Assembly (NCBI GenBank): GCA_030141605.1
Contig: JAQGDQ010000051.1
Span: 576,997 to 640,996, forward strand
Length of the DNA: 64,000 bases
DNA from: Tubiluchus corallicola
Lineage: Eukaryota; Animalia; Priapulida
Reading direction: 5' to 3'
This document shows positions 10,750 through 24,991 of this stretch, one piece after another. The position numbers and the translations under genes are program-made. The notes beneath the pieces are model-generated. The model saw nothing but the letters and a program-made list of their open reading frames with translations. It was not told where the DNA came from and did no database searches. Each line of letters opens with the position of its first letter. The first letter of the stretch is position 1.

Positions 10750-13700
10750 GTAAGTTAGCAGTTAGATTTCTGATTTTTATTTTGGGTGTGCTTGTTCCAT
10801 TTATCTTTAGATTTTAGAGAAAACGTTGTCTTGTTATTGTTACGATGAGCGGATGGTTGAGAAGAAAACGTAAAACAACAGTAATAAGAGTAAAATTACT
10901 GAATTAAGTACCCATCGTGTTCCATGCCGGTTGCCATTGCGTGATGAGGTGCTGAGATGGAAGACGTACCTGCCCATCAACCCACTGAACCGATGAGGCC
11001 ATTCCATACCAGCTACTTATAGCTGCTATGCAACGCTGATATGCAATGGCTTCGTAATGGATGAAACCATCAAAATGTAGAGGGAGAGGGTCGAAAATAA
11101 AGGGCATTTCGCCTTCGTAACACTGCCCTCCTCTACAGAAAATGGTTTGTCCTCGAACCAGAATGAAGCACGCAGGAGAAGAAATATGTTTTATGGAAAA
11201 AAATAAATTTACAGTACAGGGTTTTACAGGAGTACAAAATGTCTGCTATACAATGCCTAAAAAGTTTTTGCCATTTTAACAAACGTTTTTAACAAGAGCA
11301 TGACGCTTACGAAAAATGAAATTTTTCGCACAAAAAAAATAAGAAATGACTGCAGTTAAGGCTCATAGAGCTGGCTCTGTCCGGGCCGGATTCAAAAAGC
11401 GGTCAGGAGACTCCTGGGGTTCAATATGCCGTGAAAGTTGATGTCCGACTACGTGCGTCTCGCTTGCAAGGTGGGTGTTCCTCAACCAGATGGCTGGAGT
11501 ATGTCCGCAGGCTCGTGAGGACTGCACCAACTAACGTAGCACCGTTCTTCTTCTTCTTGGAGACGATAGCAGATCGGGAAGCTCTTTGCGTCCTTTCACG
11601 TAACTACTCCCAAATGTGCGAACCCGGCGAATTGTTAGACTGGCTATAGCGTCCATACTGCCGACATCATCGTCAAGCCAAGCGACTACAGCGTGTGACG
11701 AAGCCCTCGGTGACTGCGGAACTGGTCCTCACGATACGTCTACACATCGACGTAACTGTTCCCAAGATTCAACCATTAATTTAAAAACAACAGTCCAGGT
11801 GCTGCTACATCAAGTACGGACTACACTTTGTACCATACACTTTAAAATCGACAGCTATCCACAGCACACAAGAACAGTATCCTCATAAGTAAATCACGAG
11901 GCCACTGTAAAACAGGCACATAGCCTGCTAATGAGGACTGAAAGCTCCGGTTATTGGAGAACCAAACAAGATGTGTTGTGAACCCACACAAATAGGTAGG
12001 TGTTCCGTGTAAGAACATCACGAAATGTTGGAAAACTTGGGCGGCTTGGCATTCTTGGCAGCTTGGCATTCTTGGCGGCTTGACATTCTTAGCGGCCTGG
12101 CGTTCTTGGCAGCTTGGCGTTCTTGACGGCTTGGCATTCTTGGCAGCATGGCGGCTTGGCGTTCTTGGTTTAGAGCCTTGATAAGGGACAGCGATGCAGT
12201 GATGGGAGTGCGTGTGACGAAGCCTCATATATTAGTTGTAAGTGCTTTGGGTGTGTTCCATGTGGCATGTTGGCACATTAGAAGTTTTCCAACATTTCGT
12301 GATGGTCTTACACGGAACACCTACCCACAAATCACAGCTACCGGCGACGATCAAAGAAAGCCCTTGTACTGCACAGTGATTCCGGCGGTTCCATGTCTTG
12401 GCAGCGTTTCGGTGCTGTTCTGTTGCCGATTTAAGAATTCAAGTTCGAATCCACTGGGGGCAGATTAGGACTACTGTCCCCCACCCCGTACTGGCCACCA
12501 AGGTAACGATGAGCAGATTGTTGAGAAGAAAACGTAAAACAATAGTAGTAAGAATAAAATTACTGAATTAAGTAACACATTATGTTAGAAAGCTTTGGTT
12601 TGTGTAATTCAGCCAGAAATGAATAAGCAGTTTTCATCCAGGTAGGTTTGATGTTATAGAATTTTCCTTAAACTATTTTATGCCGCCTAGCAGTTCATTC
12701 TACCCTTCCCATTTTAACACCTTACTTATTTAGTCCCACTCGTGCCATTTACGCGTTGACCGCCACGCTCCCGAAAGTACAAACCGATAACGCCGCCAAA
12801 TCTGTCAAACCTCTATTTCACCAAACGTGCCACGTTGTAAAACATGCCACACCGCAAATCTGCTACGTTTGCGACAAACTGGTGCTTACAAAAAAGCTGA
12901 AGATAATTATAACAATGGCTTTTTGTTTTTACCTGTTTTACTCTTGAAATTTACTAAGCGCAGTCGTTTTCATAGTTTGTCAACAGCTGCTCGCACTTAC
13001 AAGCTGTTTTTATAGGCGTACGGGATACGGGGGTCAAGAGGGACGGCTGCCTTCCTGGGGCAAATGAAATGAACATTTTCGGAGAAAAAGCTAGTAGTTG
13101 TTTTCAGGCAAATAATTCTGTTCTAAATTTTCAAAATTTAAGATTTCAATATTCAAAAATTGCTCACTGCATTACGTCTTTTACTGGCTGCAGTTAAAGG
13201 GTTTCTTGTACGATGAATTGTTTAAACTTTTAAAAATTTCAAAGTTAATAATAGTGTCATTTTTCAGTTTTAGTCACTGAACCTCACAAGTCCTTTATAT
13301 ACTTTTTAAATGCATGCCCATCATGTACTGGCAAGGTTATAGACATGTTTGCAAAAGGAAAACATAAACCGTCGCCATTATTTCTTTTGAATTTCTGAAA
13401 CGTTAGAAACAGTATATCTGAAAGTATATGCATTTTTGCTCAGTGAATGTTTCTAAGTAAATGTTATTATAATTTGGACTTCTTACATTCATGCACTATT
13501 ACTATTACTATTGCTATTGCTCTGCCCTTTCGCCCTTGGCCAGTGGTCACTGGTTACCACATTGTTGTTTGTCCCACGCCCATGGCTACCAACCTGTGTG
13601 TTTGGTGACTCTAGCTTGCAAGGCTTGCGAGAATAAATAATAATAATATTACTAGTTGACAATGTTTCTGACATGGTCAGAAACTGAAGATTTTGCAAAC

Positions 13701-16700
13701 AATAGTTACAAAATTCAGCCTTAAAACGAAGAGATGAGTCTTTTTAGAAACCTCTTGTTTTCTTTTATTGCATACATAGGCGATGCATTTCACGATAAAA
13801 TCTCAGCATTTAACTGTTCAGTCCATCACCCATGGGTCAGAGGTCAACCAATCTCGGCATGACTTATTTCATTTAGTTTGTCTCACTGAGACCTTTCGTC
13901 TGATGGTACTAAAAGCTAATTTCATGTGACACTTAAACGCATTTGTCTTCTCAACCCCTATTTTGTCCCTGCTAGGGTCAGAGGTCAACCAATCCCAGCA
14001 TAACTCATACCATTCAGTTTGTCTCTTTGGGGCCTTTCATTTTGATATACTACAACCTAGTTTTGGTTGACACTGGAAGGCATTTGTCTCCTTGGCCCCT
14101 ATTTTGTTCCCTAAAGGGGTGGCAGGTTAACAATTCCCATTGCAATGTTCGATTGTAACATTGCCATTTGATTCGCCTCATCGAAACCTTTCATTTGATG
14201 TGTTACATGGTGCTTTTCCTGCACACTCAATGCATTTCTGTTCCCAACCACCATTTTTCGGTTTTTGACCGCTACTGGGGTAAGAGATCAACCGGTCTCG
14301 ACAGAACTAATACCATTTGGTTTGTCTCCTCAAGACCTTCCATTCGATGTACTACAAGCTAGTTTCAGTCGACACTGGAAGACGTTTGTCTCCTCGGCCC
14401 CTATTTTGCGTCCTGCTGCTGTGACCTTTGACTCTGAGGTCACACTCCTATACAGTTTTGTGGCTACCTATGTTAGTAAGTTTCATGAGTCTAGGTCTTA
14501 CACATATGGAGTTATTGACCAGACTCCATTTTAACACTTTCGGTCATGTCACGTGCCAGGCCACGCCCACTTTTCGAAAAATACGTAATGTACATTTATC
14601 CCACAGGACCTAAGTACCTGTGAAAAAAAATTTGAATTTAACTCAAAGCCCTAGGAGAGGTTGAACGACTTTTTTGTAAAACTGATTGATGTTCATTGTC
14701 CTTGACCAATTGAACCGAGGTGACTGGCCACTGACCATGCCACTGCATGTCCCCCAGCCTCAAGTGTCTACCCACCAAGTTTGGTGACTCTAGGTGCCAT
14801 CGTTTTGGAGTTATTCACTGTCGTAGCACGGAAGTAATAATAAACGGTTCATTTCCATTAAGATTCTGCTATATATATAATCTTAATAATAAGCGTATAA
14901 AAACGGCAAGATTTTGCTATAATAATAACACTAGTTTTGGTAAGCATTGGAACATCTGCATCAATCGATCTTTCATTTGCAATCCTGCCATCGTTAATGA
15001 TGCCACTGGCTGGAATGAAACATCTCGAGCCGCAAATATTCACAATGCCCAGAAAACTAGTGTTATTTTTAAACAGTAGGCGGCGCTTAATAGACTCACT
15101 TTGGGACCAACGTGTTTTGACCCAATTAACCCACTGAACCTATTAACCGACGGGTGTAGTATTACAGGTATGGAAGTATGAGTACTGATAACTCATACAG
15201 ACTTGTTAACTCCTGCATAAAACAAACCACCAGTAAATTTCTTTATTTATACTGCAAAAGTTTCTAATGTTAAACTGCTCAAAGCTTTGTTTTAATTGTT
15301 ATTGTTTCTTAAACTTAAACCGTGTAGGCGTTAAACATTTTCTCTAACTTTATGGCATTGTTAAATTAAGAAAATAGCGTTATGCACTCTTGTAATCTAT
15401 TTGAAGTAGGCGTAATGCATTTCAGAAGTGTTATGCAACTCTGTAGGCCAGTGGTTCCCAACCGGGGGTACGCAACAGCAATGCCAGGGGTACGCAGAAG
15501 GTGTGTCAGATCGACACATTTTTTTCTTTCTGTAGCCGGTGAAAAGGGTAAAATACACCAAGTTGCAGCATCGCGATATTCTTTCTACAGGTTAGGCAAT
15601 ATTTCACAAACAATATCATTCCTGCGCAGTGTGCTAGAAAATACTTTTACCCGCCCACGAAAAGCTTATATTTTGTCGCTTTGTTTGTGCTGTATTTGGC
15701 CTTCGAGGTGTTGGTTCCATTTGTGACAACATACAAATGTGAGCTAGGCTTCAGTGCAATGCTACATTTGAAGACGAAGGCAAGAAACCGTTTGGATTTG
15801 AGGAGCGACATGCGAGTCGCAATATCAACAATTAAACCTGATATCAAAAAACTTGTTGATAATCATCAAGAACAGCGTGCGCATTAATTATGACTGCTGT
15901 GAAGATCGTGAAGATCGCGTTTCCCTGTATTGATGTTTTCATATTCGAGAAGGTTGTTCAAATTACGTATTTCTTAATAATCACTGATAAAATTCATGTT
16001 TTCAAAAAAAGTTAAAATAAAAAATATCGATAACATTAATAGTTGTTTTCTGGAAACTGGTTTTTCAAACGATTTGTTGAAAAATATCAGGTGGGGGTAC
16101 GCTGAAGATCGCCACATTTAGAAGGGGTACTTGGCAAGAAAAAGGTTGGGAACCACTGCTGTAGGCGTTAAGCACAAGTTACACAAATTTAGACAAGCGT
16201 TATGCAAAAAAAAAACAATTTACTTACATCTGTAACATTTAAACATTTTCAACAAAATGTATTTTTTTCTCGTGTGCTCCAATCTGGTTCGAGGGGAGGG
16301 CAATGTTACGAGGGCGGATGCCATTTATTTTCGACCCTCTCCCTCTATATTGTGGTGGTCTTGTTCGTACGAAGTCATTGCATAGTGATGTTGAATAACA
16401 GCTATAAAACCGTCGCTATGGAATGGCCTCGTCGGTTCACAGGGTGAACGGGCCAAATGTATTTAACCTGGTAATAGATTTCTGGCAAGTCTTAATTTCG
16501 ACTACCGAATTCTATGCGTATCAGTACCAACATTAGTGTGCGTTTGACCAGGTTTGTCGAAAGTGTCCCAAACGTTCCTATCCATATTCAGCCATATACA
16601 AGATATCACTTAGTCGCAAATAAAAATAAAAATAAATATTTAAGAGAAAATAGAGCCTAATAAGAAAAATGAAGACGCGCCCTCTCCGTGACCTTTCACC

Positions 16701-19700
16701 CATGAATATAATCAGTGTATAATCATCACGTATACCCTTTACCCAGCGAACGTATCTAGTGAGTTTTGTGTCTCTACAACTTGCGTGTAAAAAGTTATAA
16801 ATACTTTAAAAGATTTTTTGATACTTTTAACTTTTCATGGCGGTTTACATAAAAGAAAATAGAGTGCGAAGATTTGTGCAAAAAGTCTGGAACCTGATTT
16901 CTCGCGTTTTACTCGTGATACCAGCAAAATTCCATCCTTAACTACGGCAGCGTTTGCGTTTAGTTATCTTTCTTCTTCTTTAACGTCTCCGTTTGTTGTA
17001 GACGTTGGGTAATTTATTAGCGCATTTCACGCACTCCTATCTGCAGTTAACAGCGTTAAGTTCTTAGTACAGTTGTTTAGCCTAGCCTGTTTAGGGGAAA
17101 AATGCAACTTCAATGCTCGATTTCATTAGGAAGGAAACCATGAAATTTAATGAATTAGTATCAAATTTTAAGTTACGGTTAGCACTCTTAATGAAAGAAA
17201 ACTTATTTTTACGTTTTAAATTTGACTTTTAATACCTCGGGTGTACATCTGTCCCACAATACTTTAATGTATGTGAAAAAACAGTTACGGTTTGCACTCT
17301 TAATGAAAGAAAACTTATTTTTACGTTTTAAATTTGACTTTTAATACCTCGGGTGTACATCTGCCCCACAATAGTTTAATGTATGTGGAAAAAATTTGAA
17401 TTTTATTCCGAGCCCTAGGAGGAGCTTAGCGACAATTGAAAGGCTGACGGACGTCCAACATCCTTGACCCTTTGACCCGAAGATAAACTTGACTCGATGA
17501 TTGCTTGAGCCATCCCGGGTGTTTGCTCTCCAAATTTGATGACTCTATTTACCCTAGTTTTGGAGTCATTCTGACTCATTCAGTATCGTAGCGAATAAAA
17601 GACAACATAACTAACTTGCTGTTAATGACAAAGGCACAAATTTATGATTCTGTTGTATGCAACTGGAATGGCAACATGAAAGCGTGACTGCTGAAATCTG
17701 TACAGTGTTTATACAAAGACATAAAAATATTTGATCTAAAAATTGTTTCAGTATTGTACACAAAGTTATTAGTAACATTATTTTGACTCCCATTCCGATT
17801 TCTGAAAAATATTTATTGCACATCTATCTCACAATATCTATCTAATACCCACAGTATATACCTAACTACTTGTGATAGAAATTTTCAATTCAACTCAAAG
17901 CCCTAGTGTGAGATGCTGTTCATTCGAAAAACTGACTGACGCCTACCCCCAGTAAACCCCTTGACCCGAGGTCAGAGATCATGCAGAATGATAATAACAA
18001 AGAAAGAATAAAAGGTTTGTAAATAAGAAGATTCTGCATGTAATACTATAGAAAGTATTGTTCAGACTCATGCCTACCTTTTGCAAGCATCTTCATTAAC
18101 TGTGGCAGATTATTAATTAATTTTCATTTTTTTTCAGGATCTTGGTCCAAATGTGATAGTTGTTCAGCAACCTGAAGCACTTCAGGAGCTAACACACAAT
18201 GATTTACATGGCCTATTCTCTGACCTCGACGATGAGTTTGCTGGAATTGACCGTCCATTCAGCCCTCCAGCTCTCGCTGCCGACTTACATTGTTTAGAAA
18301 CCAAAAAACTTTTATGTGCCGGTGCTGCAGAAGAACTAGCTGACCTCAGTTTTAATGCTGTTAGTACTGATTCTAGTTTAGATTGTAACAATATTGACAA
18401 CTTAGAAAGTACTTTAGAAGTTAACAGCTCATTAAACCTCGAAAATGACTTATTATTAAAAAACGAAATTGGACGGCGAAGAAAACGGAAGCGATCAGGA
18501 ATTCACTGTGTATCCGGTGAGTATTTAAAATATCGACATCATTGATCCCAATTCGAAAAATCAATTTATTTTTAATAGGCATATCTAAAAAATCGGGACA
18601 TAAAGAACTAATTTGTGCAAACATATTCTGTCTATTATGTTCATACTTACAGCAGACAAGCATCATGTGTAATTCATCTTCGGCTTCATTACTATTACAT
18701 CGTTTACAAATTCTTTCTTTTATCGGTAACTTATATGGTTTATGAAGCCTCCCTGTTTCAACGCCTAGACTATGGGCAGTGATTCGTTACTTATAAAAAG
18801 TTTGGAGTTTCGGAGGTCAACGTATTAGTGAGCAAATAACTTTCCATAACATTGTTGTTTTTATTTCGCAATTATCTATTGATATCATCTCTTAATTTGA
18901 CCAAATACATACTTTGAAGTACTAATTTAAGTTTTTGCGATAATTTTTCCTTGCTTACGTTGTTCCTCTTCTGGTTATCCCAAATCAATGAATATAGTAA
19001 AAGTCACACAATTCAATACTATAAATGCAAGGTAAAACAAATTTATTCGTACAATAAATACAATTCATATTAAACATACTGTCGTTGCAGGCGGCAAGAG
19101 TTCAGAAAAATATACAATATCATACAATGTTTGCTAGAAACTTTAGGTCAAGTTTCACTTAATGTTGATTTGCCGATGTTGATGGATATTGTTGATGGAG
19201 CAGCAAGTTAAAGGCTGCTCCATCATTCCATTCTGGTTTCCGTTCTGCTTGTTTGGTGGCAGAGCTTGCATATAATTGCCCGTATATATGAGTTTTCTTA
19301 TTTCCCTTCATTTCCTGTACACGCTTTGTTAATCCAAGTTTGACAACTAAGACTTTTGCAAATGACCTCCAACCACATAGCAAATTAACTTTGTTTTTGT
19401 AACGTTCACTGATATGCGGTTTAATGCACTCTAGTGCTATACACTTAATCGAATAAAAGCTACAGTCTTTTTAAATTTACCATAGTTTACAATACTTAAT
19501 CATCAGCATACAAAACTTTGTATGAAGTGATAAGAACAAACAATGATTTTGAACACCACCACTAATTTTGCAAATCATCAACACAGAAATCGAGCACAAG
19601 AGCAAAAAGCATAAAAATCGCCAAAAGCCATTTGGCTTGTGCCAACTTCTACCGCAATTTTGTGTTTTCTTCCTATAGATGGCAGCAATGTGGAAAATAC

Positions 19701-22700
19701 GACTTTAACAAGACTTTTGCCGCAGTGTCGCTGAACTTCTTTAATCTTATTCGATTCAGGTGCTCTGCATGCTACCAATACAAAGTTCCATTGTGTGACT
19801 CGGAGCTTCTCTGATATCCTGATAACTTTCTACACAACATATTCATCCTGCATGCAGAGTTTGTTTATGAAAGTGGCATAATCTGGCGAGAATATAATTT
19901 ATTCTAAACCAATTATGGTTTCAGTATTAGCAAGGCAATAATTTTTCCAATATTCTCAAAAGTGAGTGTATATTGTCTTTGTTGATCAACAAAATATAAT
20001 GAGCTAATGAGTATTTTAATATTATATTATATTTTAATTAAAATTATTCGATATAATTAATGAGAATGAACAAATGAATATTAAATATTCCATAAAATTA
20101 AAAAATACAACTGGGTTAATTAATGAAAATAAATATTCCGTTTAATGTCTGTAAGTATTAAATTAAACGAGAATCAAATGTGTTTTACTTAACAAAGAGT
20201 TTTGATGAAATCAACTGGGAAACTGAAATCACTTGATGCATGCCAAATTAAGGAAAACACATTCCTGTAAATACGTCAAAGATTGATATTTGTGCTAATT
20301 TTACTTGAATGGTTGACGAGTTTTGGGTCGTTAGTTTCCATATTTGGCAGGCTGCCCAGTAACTCGGGATTTATTTTTTTAGTGAAACAAAAGTCAGTAG
20401 TTCATGTAAAGACGGCACAAACATGAAAACATATGTTCACCATACACACTGCCATTATATCGTTTTTCCTGGTCTTGTTCCAGAATTTAATCCTCCAAAC
20501 GAAGATGTTACAAGAACATTTGGTTCGAAATCGCGTTTTGCTTACGATTATATCACGATTATAATTCAGCAATTTTTTGACTATGGGTTAAAACTAAACT
20601 TTAATTTTTCTTATAAATACGTCTTATGTCAGCTAGGGCTAGAAATTTGCATGATTAATGTGTAATTATTAGACTGAAGAGAAAAATTTTATGATTCAAT
20701 GTAGAACTGAGCTCACTATTCTGACTGTCTGTCAAGACAGTAAAGCCATAAATTTGCCTTCGCTGGGTATTAGAGGTAGGTTAAAAAACGAAAAAATTAA
20801 AAGGTTTAAATATTAGATAAAAAAATCCAAACTTCCAAACTTTAGATAAGAAGATTTTAGCGGTGACACTGGGTGTGCGATACACGGTTCAAAGGTCAGT
20901 TCCAGCTGAAAAATTGTAAGGAGCAAAATCATGATTGAATACCTAGAAGGGATAGTTTAAAGTCAAACGCCCCTTACTGTTGCAGTTCATAGACGGTAAG
21001 AACTTTGATCAACAAACGTGGGTAACTTATCGTGCCAAAAGGGAGACAGACTCTAGCGGGATTGTGGAATAGTCGTTGAATGAATAAAAGTACAAAAACG
21101 GAGGTCAGAAACCGAACTGAGCTGAGGACTAACAAATCAGAAACTGCAAAGTAATGCAGACAGGGACAGATTAAATGTTGCAGCGGCGAGCGGGTGGTTT
21201 GAGTGTAAGAAATCCGAAAATCTTTAAAAATCCCAAACATAAAAAATAAATAAAAATGATGTATTATAACAATGTATTATAGTATTGATAACAATGTATT
21301 ATTACTTTTATTACCTGCATTTTAATACATTAATTTTATTGTCGGTGAAAACTAGCACACGTGCTAATGTTTGCTGTCGTAAAACCGACTTTAAATAAAG
21401 TTTATATATGTGCGAGTATGGTATCATCCAAAATCACCGTATACAGCAAGTTTGACTCATCGAGGAACTCAATGAACTCGAGATGATAAATGAAAAATCT
21501 GACTGTCAATACATGTGAAATTTGTTCAAGTACATTCGTATGCAAATCTCTTTCGAAATGGGGTTAGGGTTTTTTCGAAAATATCGTCATCGTAGCCATC
21601 TTGAATTTAAAATGGTAGATGATTTATGATTCAAAAGACTTTAACTGGGAACTTAGGGCATATCAAAATTGCTTCCAGTAAGGCCTTGCATCTTCAAAGG
21701 CCGCCCCTGGACAGACCGAAAATCAGACACCGTCAGTGGATAAAGAATTCGTTTTAGTGTAATGTTGTAAAGTTCGTGACGAATCGTGGTTAATTGAGGT
21801 AGAATTGTCAAGCTCTTTTATCCCAAACTATAGTAACAACAACCGCAGCAGCAGCAGCAGCAACAGCAACAACAACAACAACATCCAGATCAATCAGTGA
21901 TATAGATTGAGTCTCGACCAAAAATACTCTGTTACAGAAACGTATTTAAATTCGCATCTGTATATAAAGCATGTATTGAGATTTTGTACTAGACTATGTT
22001 CAAATTCCTGATGTAGTTATGGGTTTCAACACCCCGCAGTATTAAAAATTGGTAATCCTAGACCTTATCATTACCATTTGCCATGAGGGAAAAGTCGTTT
22101 TTTTACATTTTGCCACAAATCGCAAAATGGCAGATTGCTGAATCGAATTTCGTTACTTGTCATTTTACAATTTGATCCTCCCGACTCGAGCTTCAGGGAC
22201 GAAATTTGGGAACTTTAAACTTTTTGAATTTACAACTATGGAGAGGAAGTCCTGTTTTGAAAAGATTCGAAACTATAAAACTAACGACAAGGCAGAAGAA
22301 AATAAAAACTGAGTAACTACGTATGAGTTCGTGAGCGAATAATTAGACGTATGCGCCATCGTATCACATGCACTTATGAGTGAATAAATAATACGAGATT
22401 TTGAAGACCTAAAGCGAAGATCTAGTTTAACGTATTCTGATTCTCTCTGGTTCAGTGTGGTTCTGCCTCTCGTGATTGTATGACTTTATCAGCCCCGTCT
22501 GTAGTAAATAAACGTACATTCCTGTAAAGTGATCTGTTTCTTACAGGCGCCCTGGTTCCATTTAGTGAAGCTGAAAAAACAAGCAGTAGTGTTTAGCATT
22601 TGGATTGCTGTAAGCTGGAGATTTGCTGCTATCCATCATTTATGGTGCAATAGAAAAAATATTAACCAACAATTTATCCCAGCCATATGGTGCCTATCAA

Positions 22701-24082
22701 GTAACAGTCTAGCGTACGCCAATGCGGCTCTCTAGAGGATCAAGCAACACAAAAATGTGTGTGGCTAGTGCAGTGAACATAGGATAATGGCCTATCTTAC
22801 AAATACCAAAGACAAAGACAATATTTATTTACGTCGCTGGTACCATCAAATGTACAATTAAATATACTATACTATCCTATAAATATACTATTAAACTACA
22901 GCACTAAAGTACAAAAACTGTACAACTGTTTTTATAAGTCAGGTAGCCTTAATTTTTCACTTTAATCTATTTGTAGGTATCGCAAAGCTTGTTACTACAT
23001 TAAACTTTTATTGCTACATCTATTAATGTTCCTTAGGCTCCTTCGTATCAGTTCGTAAACTCGGACCATTGTTCGTAGTACTTGTCTTCTCTTGCTTATA
23101 GACATACTAAGACGGCCCTAATGCAGAACAGTGGCTTACAAACCAAGTTATTTCCTTCGAGCTTTTTATCTGTAAAATTCTTTACCTGGAAATTACTTCC
23201 ATGAAAACCGCAACTCACCCGATTCGTAAAGAGCATATACCTTCTACCCCTAGCCAGGGCTGGGTTACTTTACAGACTAGTACAGGCTTCAGCCTAGGGC
23301 CCCTCAAAGCTTGGGGTCCAATACTTTGCATTGCTAACTTTAAAAATGGAAGCAAGGTTTGTTTTTTGAACATGTATTAATTCCTATGTTCAACTTTCTA
23401 TTCTAACCCCTTAATAGTCACCTAAGAAGCCATTGATTTTTTTTGTATAAAAAAACTGTGCTGTGATTTCACCATAAATTATATATATATTTATTTCATT
23501 TCACCACTAACAGTGTATATATGTAGATATTATATATACAAATATAAAAAGTAATAGAACGCTATAAACAGTACCTAGACAGCTACAGCACAAGTATCCA
23601 TGCAGCAAAAAACATTACAGAATTACATAATCAAAATTAAGGATCCATATACTTAATATTGTTTATATTGTAACGTCGAGCGGATTGTGCTTATTCTCTC
23701 CTCCACAGCAAGGTAGTGAAGAAAACGTAAAAAAGCAGTAGTAAAAGTGAAATAATAGAGTAACTCGCCAGATATCCAATCCATTGTGCTCCATGCTGGT
23801 TGTCATTACGGAGCAGGTGCTGAGGTGGAAAACGCCCGTCAGCCCACTGAACCGATGAGGCCATTCCATAGCGACGGTTTTATACCTGGTATTCAACACC
23901 ACTATGCAATGGCTTCATATGGACGAGACCACCACAATATAGAGAGATGGGTCGAAAATAAATGGCATTTCGCCCCCGTAGCAATATCGTTACATTTTTT
24001 TTGTTTTTGTGTGAATATATGTACTGAACTTGTACGAATAAATATTTTATTAATATTAATAACAGTAACAATAATAATAGTA

Positions 24083-24149
<67 letters not shown>

Positions 24150-24948
24150 CGATGATAATAATAATAGTAATTATACAGCAGTAATAATAATAATAATAAT
24201 AATAGAGCGAAAACATCACAAAATGAGCATAATCAAAACTAAGTATCCATATTGATTCAAAAGAGTTAGTACATGTTGTTGTTGTCAGCGATTTATATAT
24301 GGCCAACTGCATGTGCATTTGCAGTAGACTTGCAGCAAAATACATATCCCCCTGCCCAAACTATGCTTTCACCTATTGTATGATTGTTCACTTATGTCTA
24401 ACATAAAAAAAAAAACTCACCATTATTAGATTACTACTGGCTTTGCTACAAGTCACTTTATTCAATTCAGTTCAGTTCATACAGCAACAAACAAAAGCTT
24501 TAAAGGAAAGCACAATGATCTTCCACATTCTACCGCATTTTGAAATACGGTAAAAAAGTATACATCTTGCTTTGATATTCGACATTCAATATTGAACGTA
24601 GAAACAGTAATGAAAATGATTTGATATTCGACATTCGCCTTATTAAAGGAAACTTTCCAGCACCTCTACTCACTTCGATTCTAGTTTATTTACGCTGCCC
24701 AATTCAACCAAAGGGATTTAAAAATAAATAGGAACTAAGATCAAAACAATAGAAAAGGATTAAAACAGTTGTGTTTTGAAAAAGTCTTACACAGCCAATA
24801 AAATGGCTTAAGATCCTCAGTAAAGATTTATATTGTTGTTTAGTTGTTTGTCTGCGTATTAGTGTGGTTGCCTGTATAAGTGCTGGTGTAATCAGTGAAA
24901 AGTTTACAAACTTCAGCGAGAATGTATATTAGCTCGTTATCTATTTAC

Positions 24949-24991
<43 letters not shown>

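Larger units (their letters stand above)
10838..12579 (-). mobile_element. Non-autonomous or deleted LTR retrotransposon (Gypsy-like) with tRNA-Ile PBS and PPT
   Basis: 3' LTR 10838-11122 is bounded by TGTTACGA...TCGTAACA. PPT is minus-strand GAGGAGGGCAG at 11123-11133. PBS 12484-12500 CCCCGTACTGGCCACCA equals the recalled 3' end of eukaryotic tRNA-Ile(AAU)+CCA. The 5' LTR at 12502-12577 is internally deleted. Candidate 4-bp TSD ttat/ttat. Confidence 0.85.

Noticed and set aside
11431-12468. Overlapping 72-128 aa ORFs as gag or novel genes
   Set aside because: They lie in the GC-richer LTR interior, MITE and minisatellite, and show no recognisable retroelement protein motifs
19050-20520. Possible decayed DNA transposase (Cys-rich, piggyBac-like) on the minus strand
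   Set aside because: Only vague motif resemblance; no TIR, TTAA boundary or DDD motif identified
21835-21883. CAG/CAA run as a poly-Gln exon of the ETS gene
   Set aside because: No convincing flanking splice sites or extended open frame, and the exon chain is complete without it
23786-24345. Poly-Met and poly-Ile ORFs
   Set aside because: They are translations of an (ATG)n microsatellite next to a solo LTR
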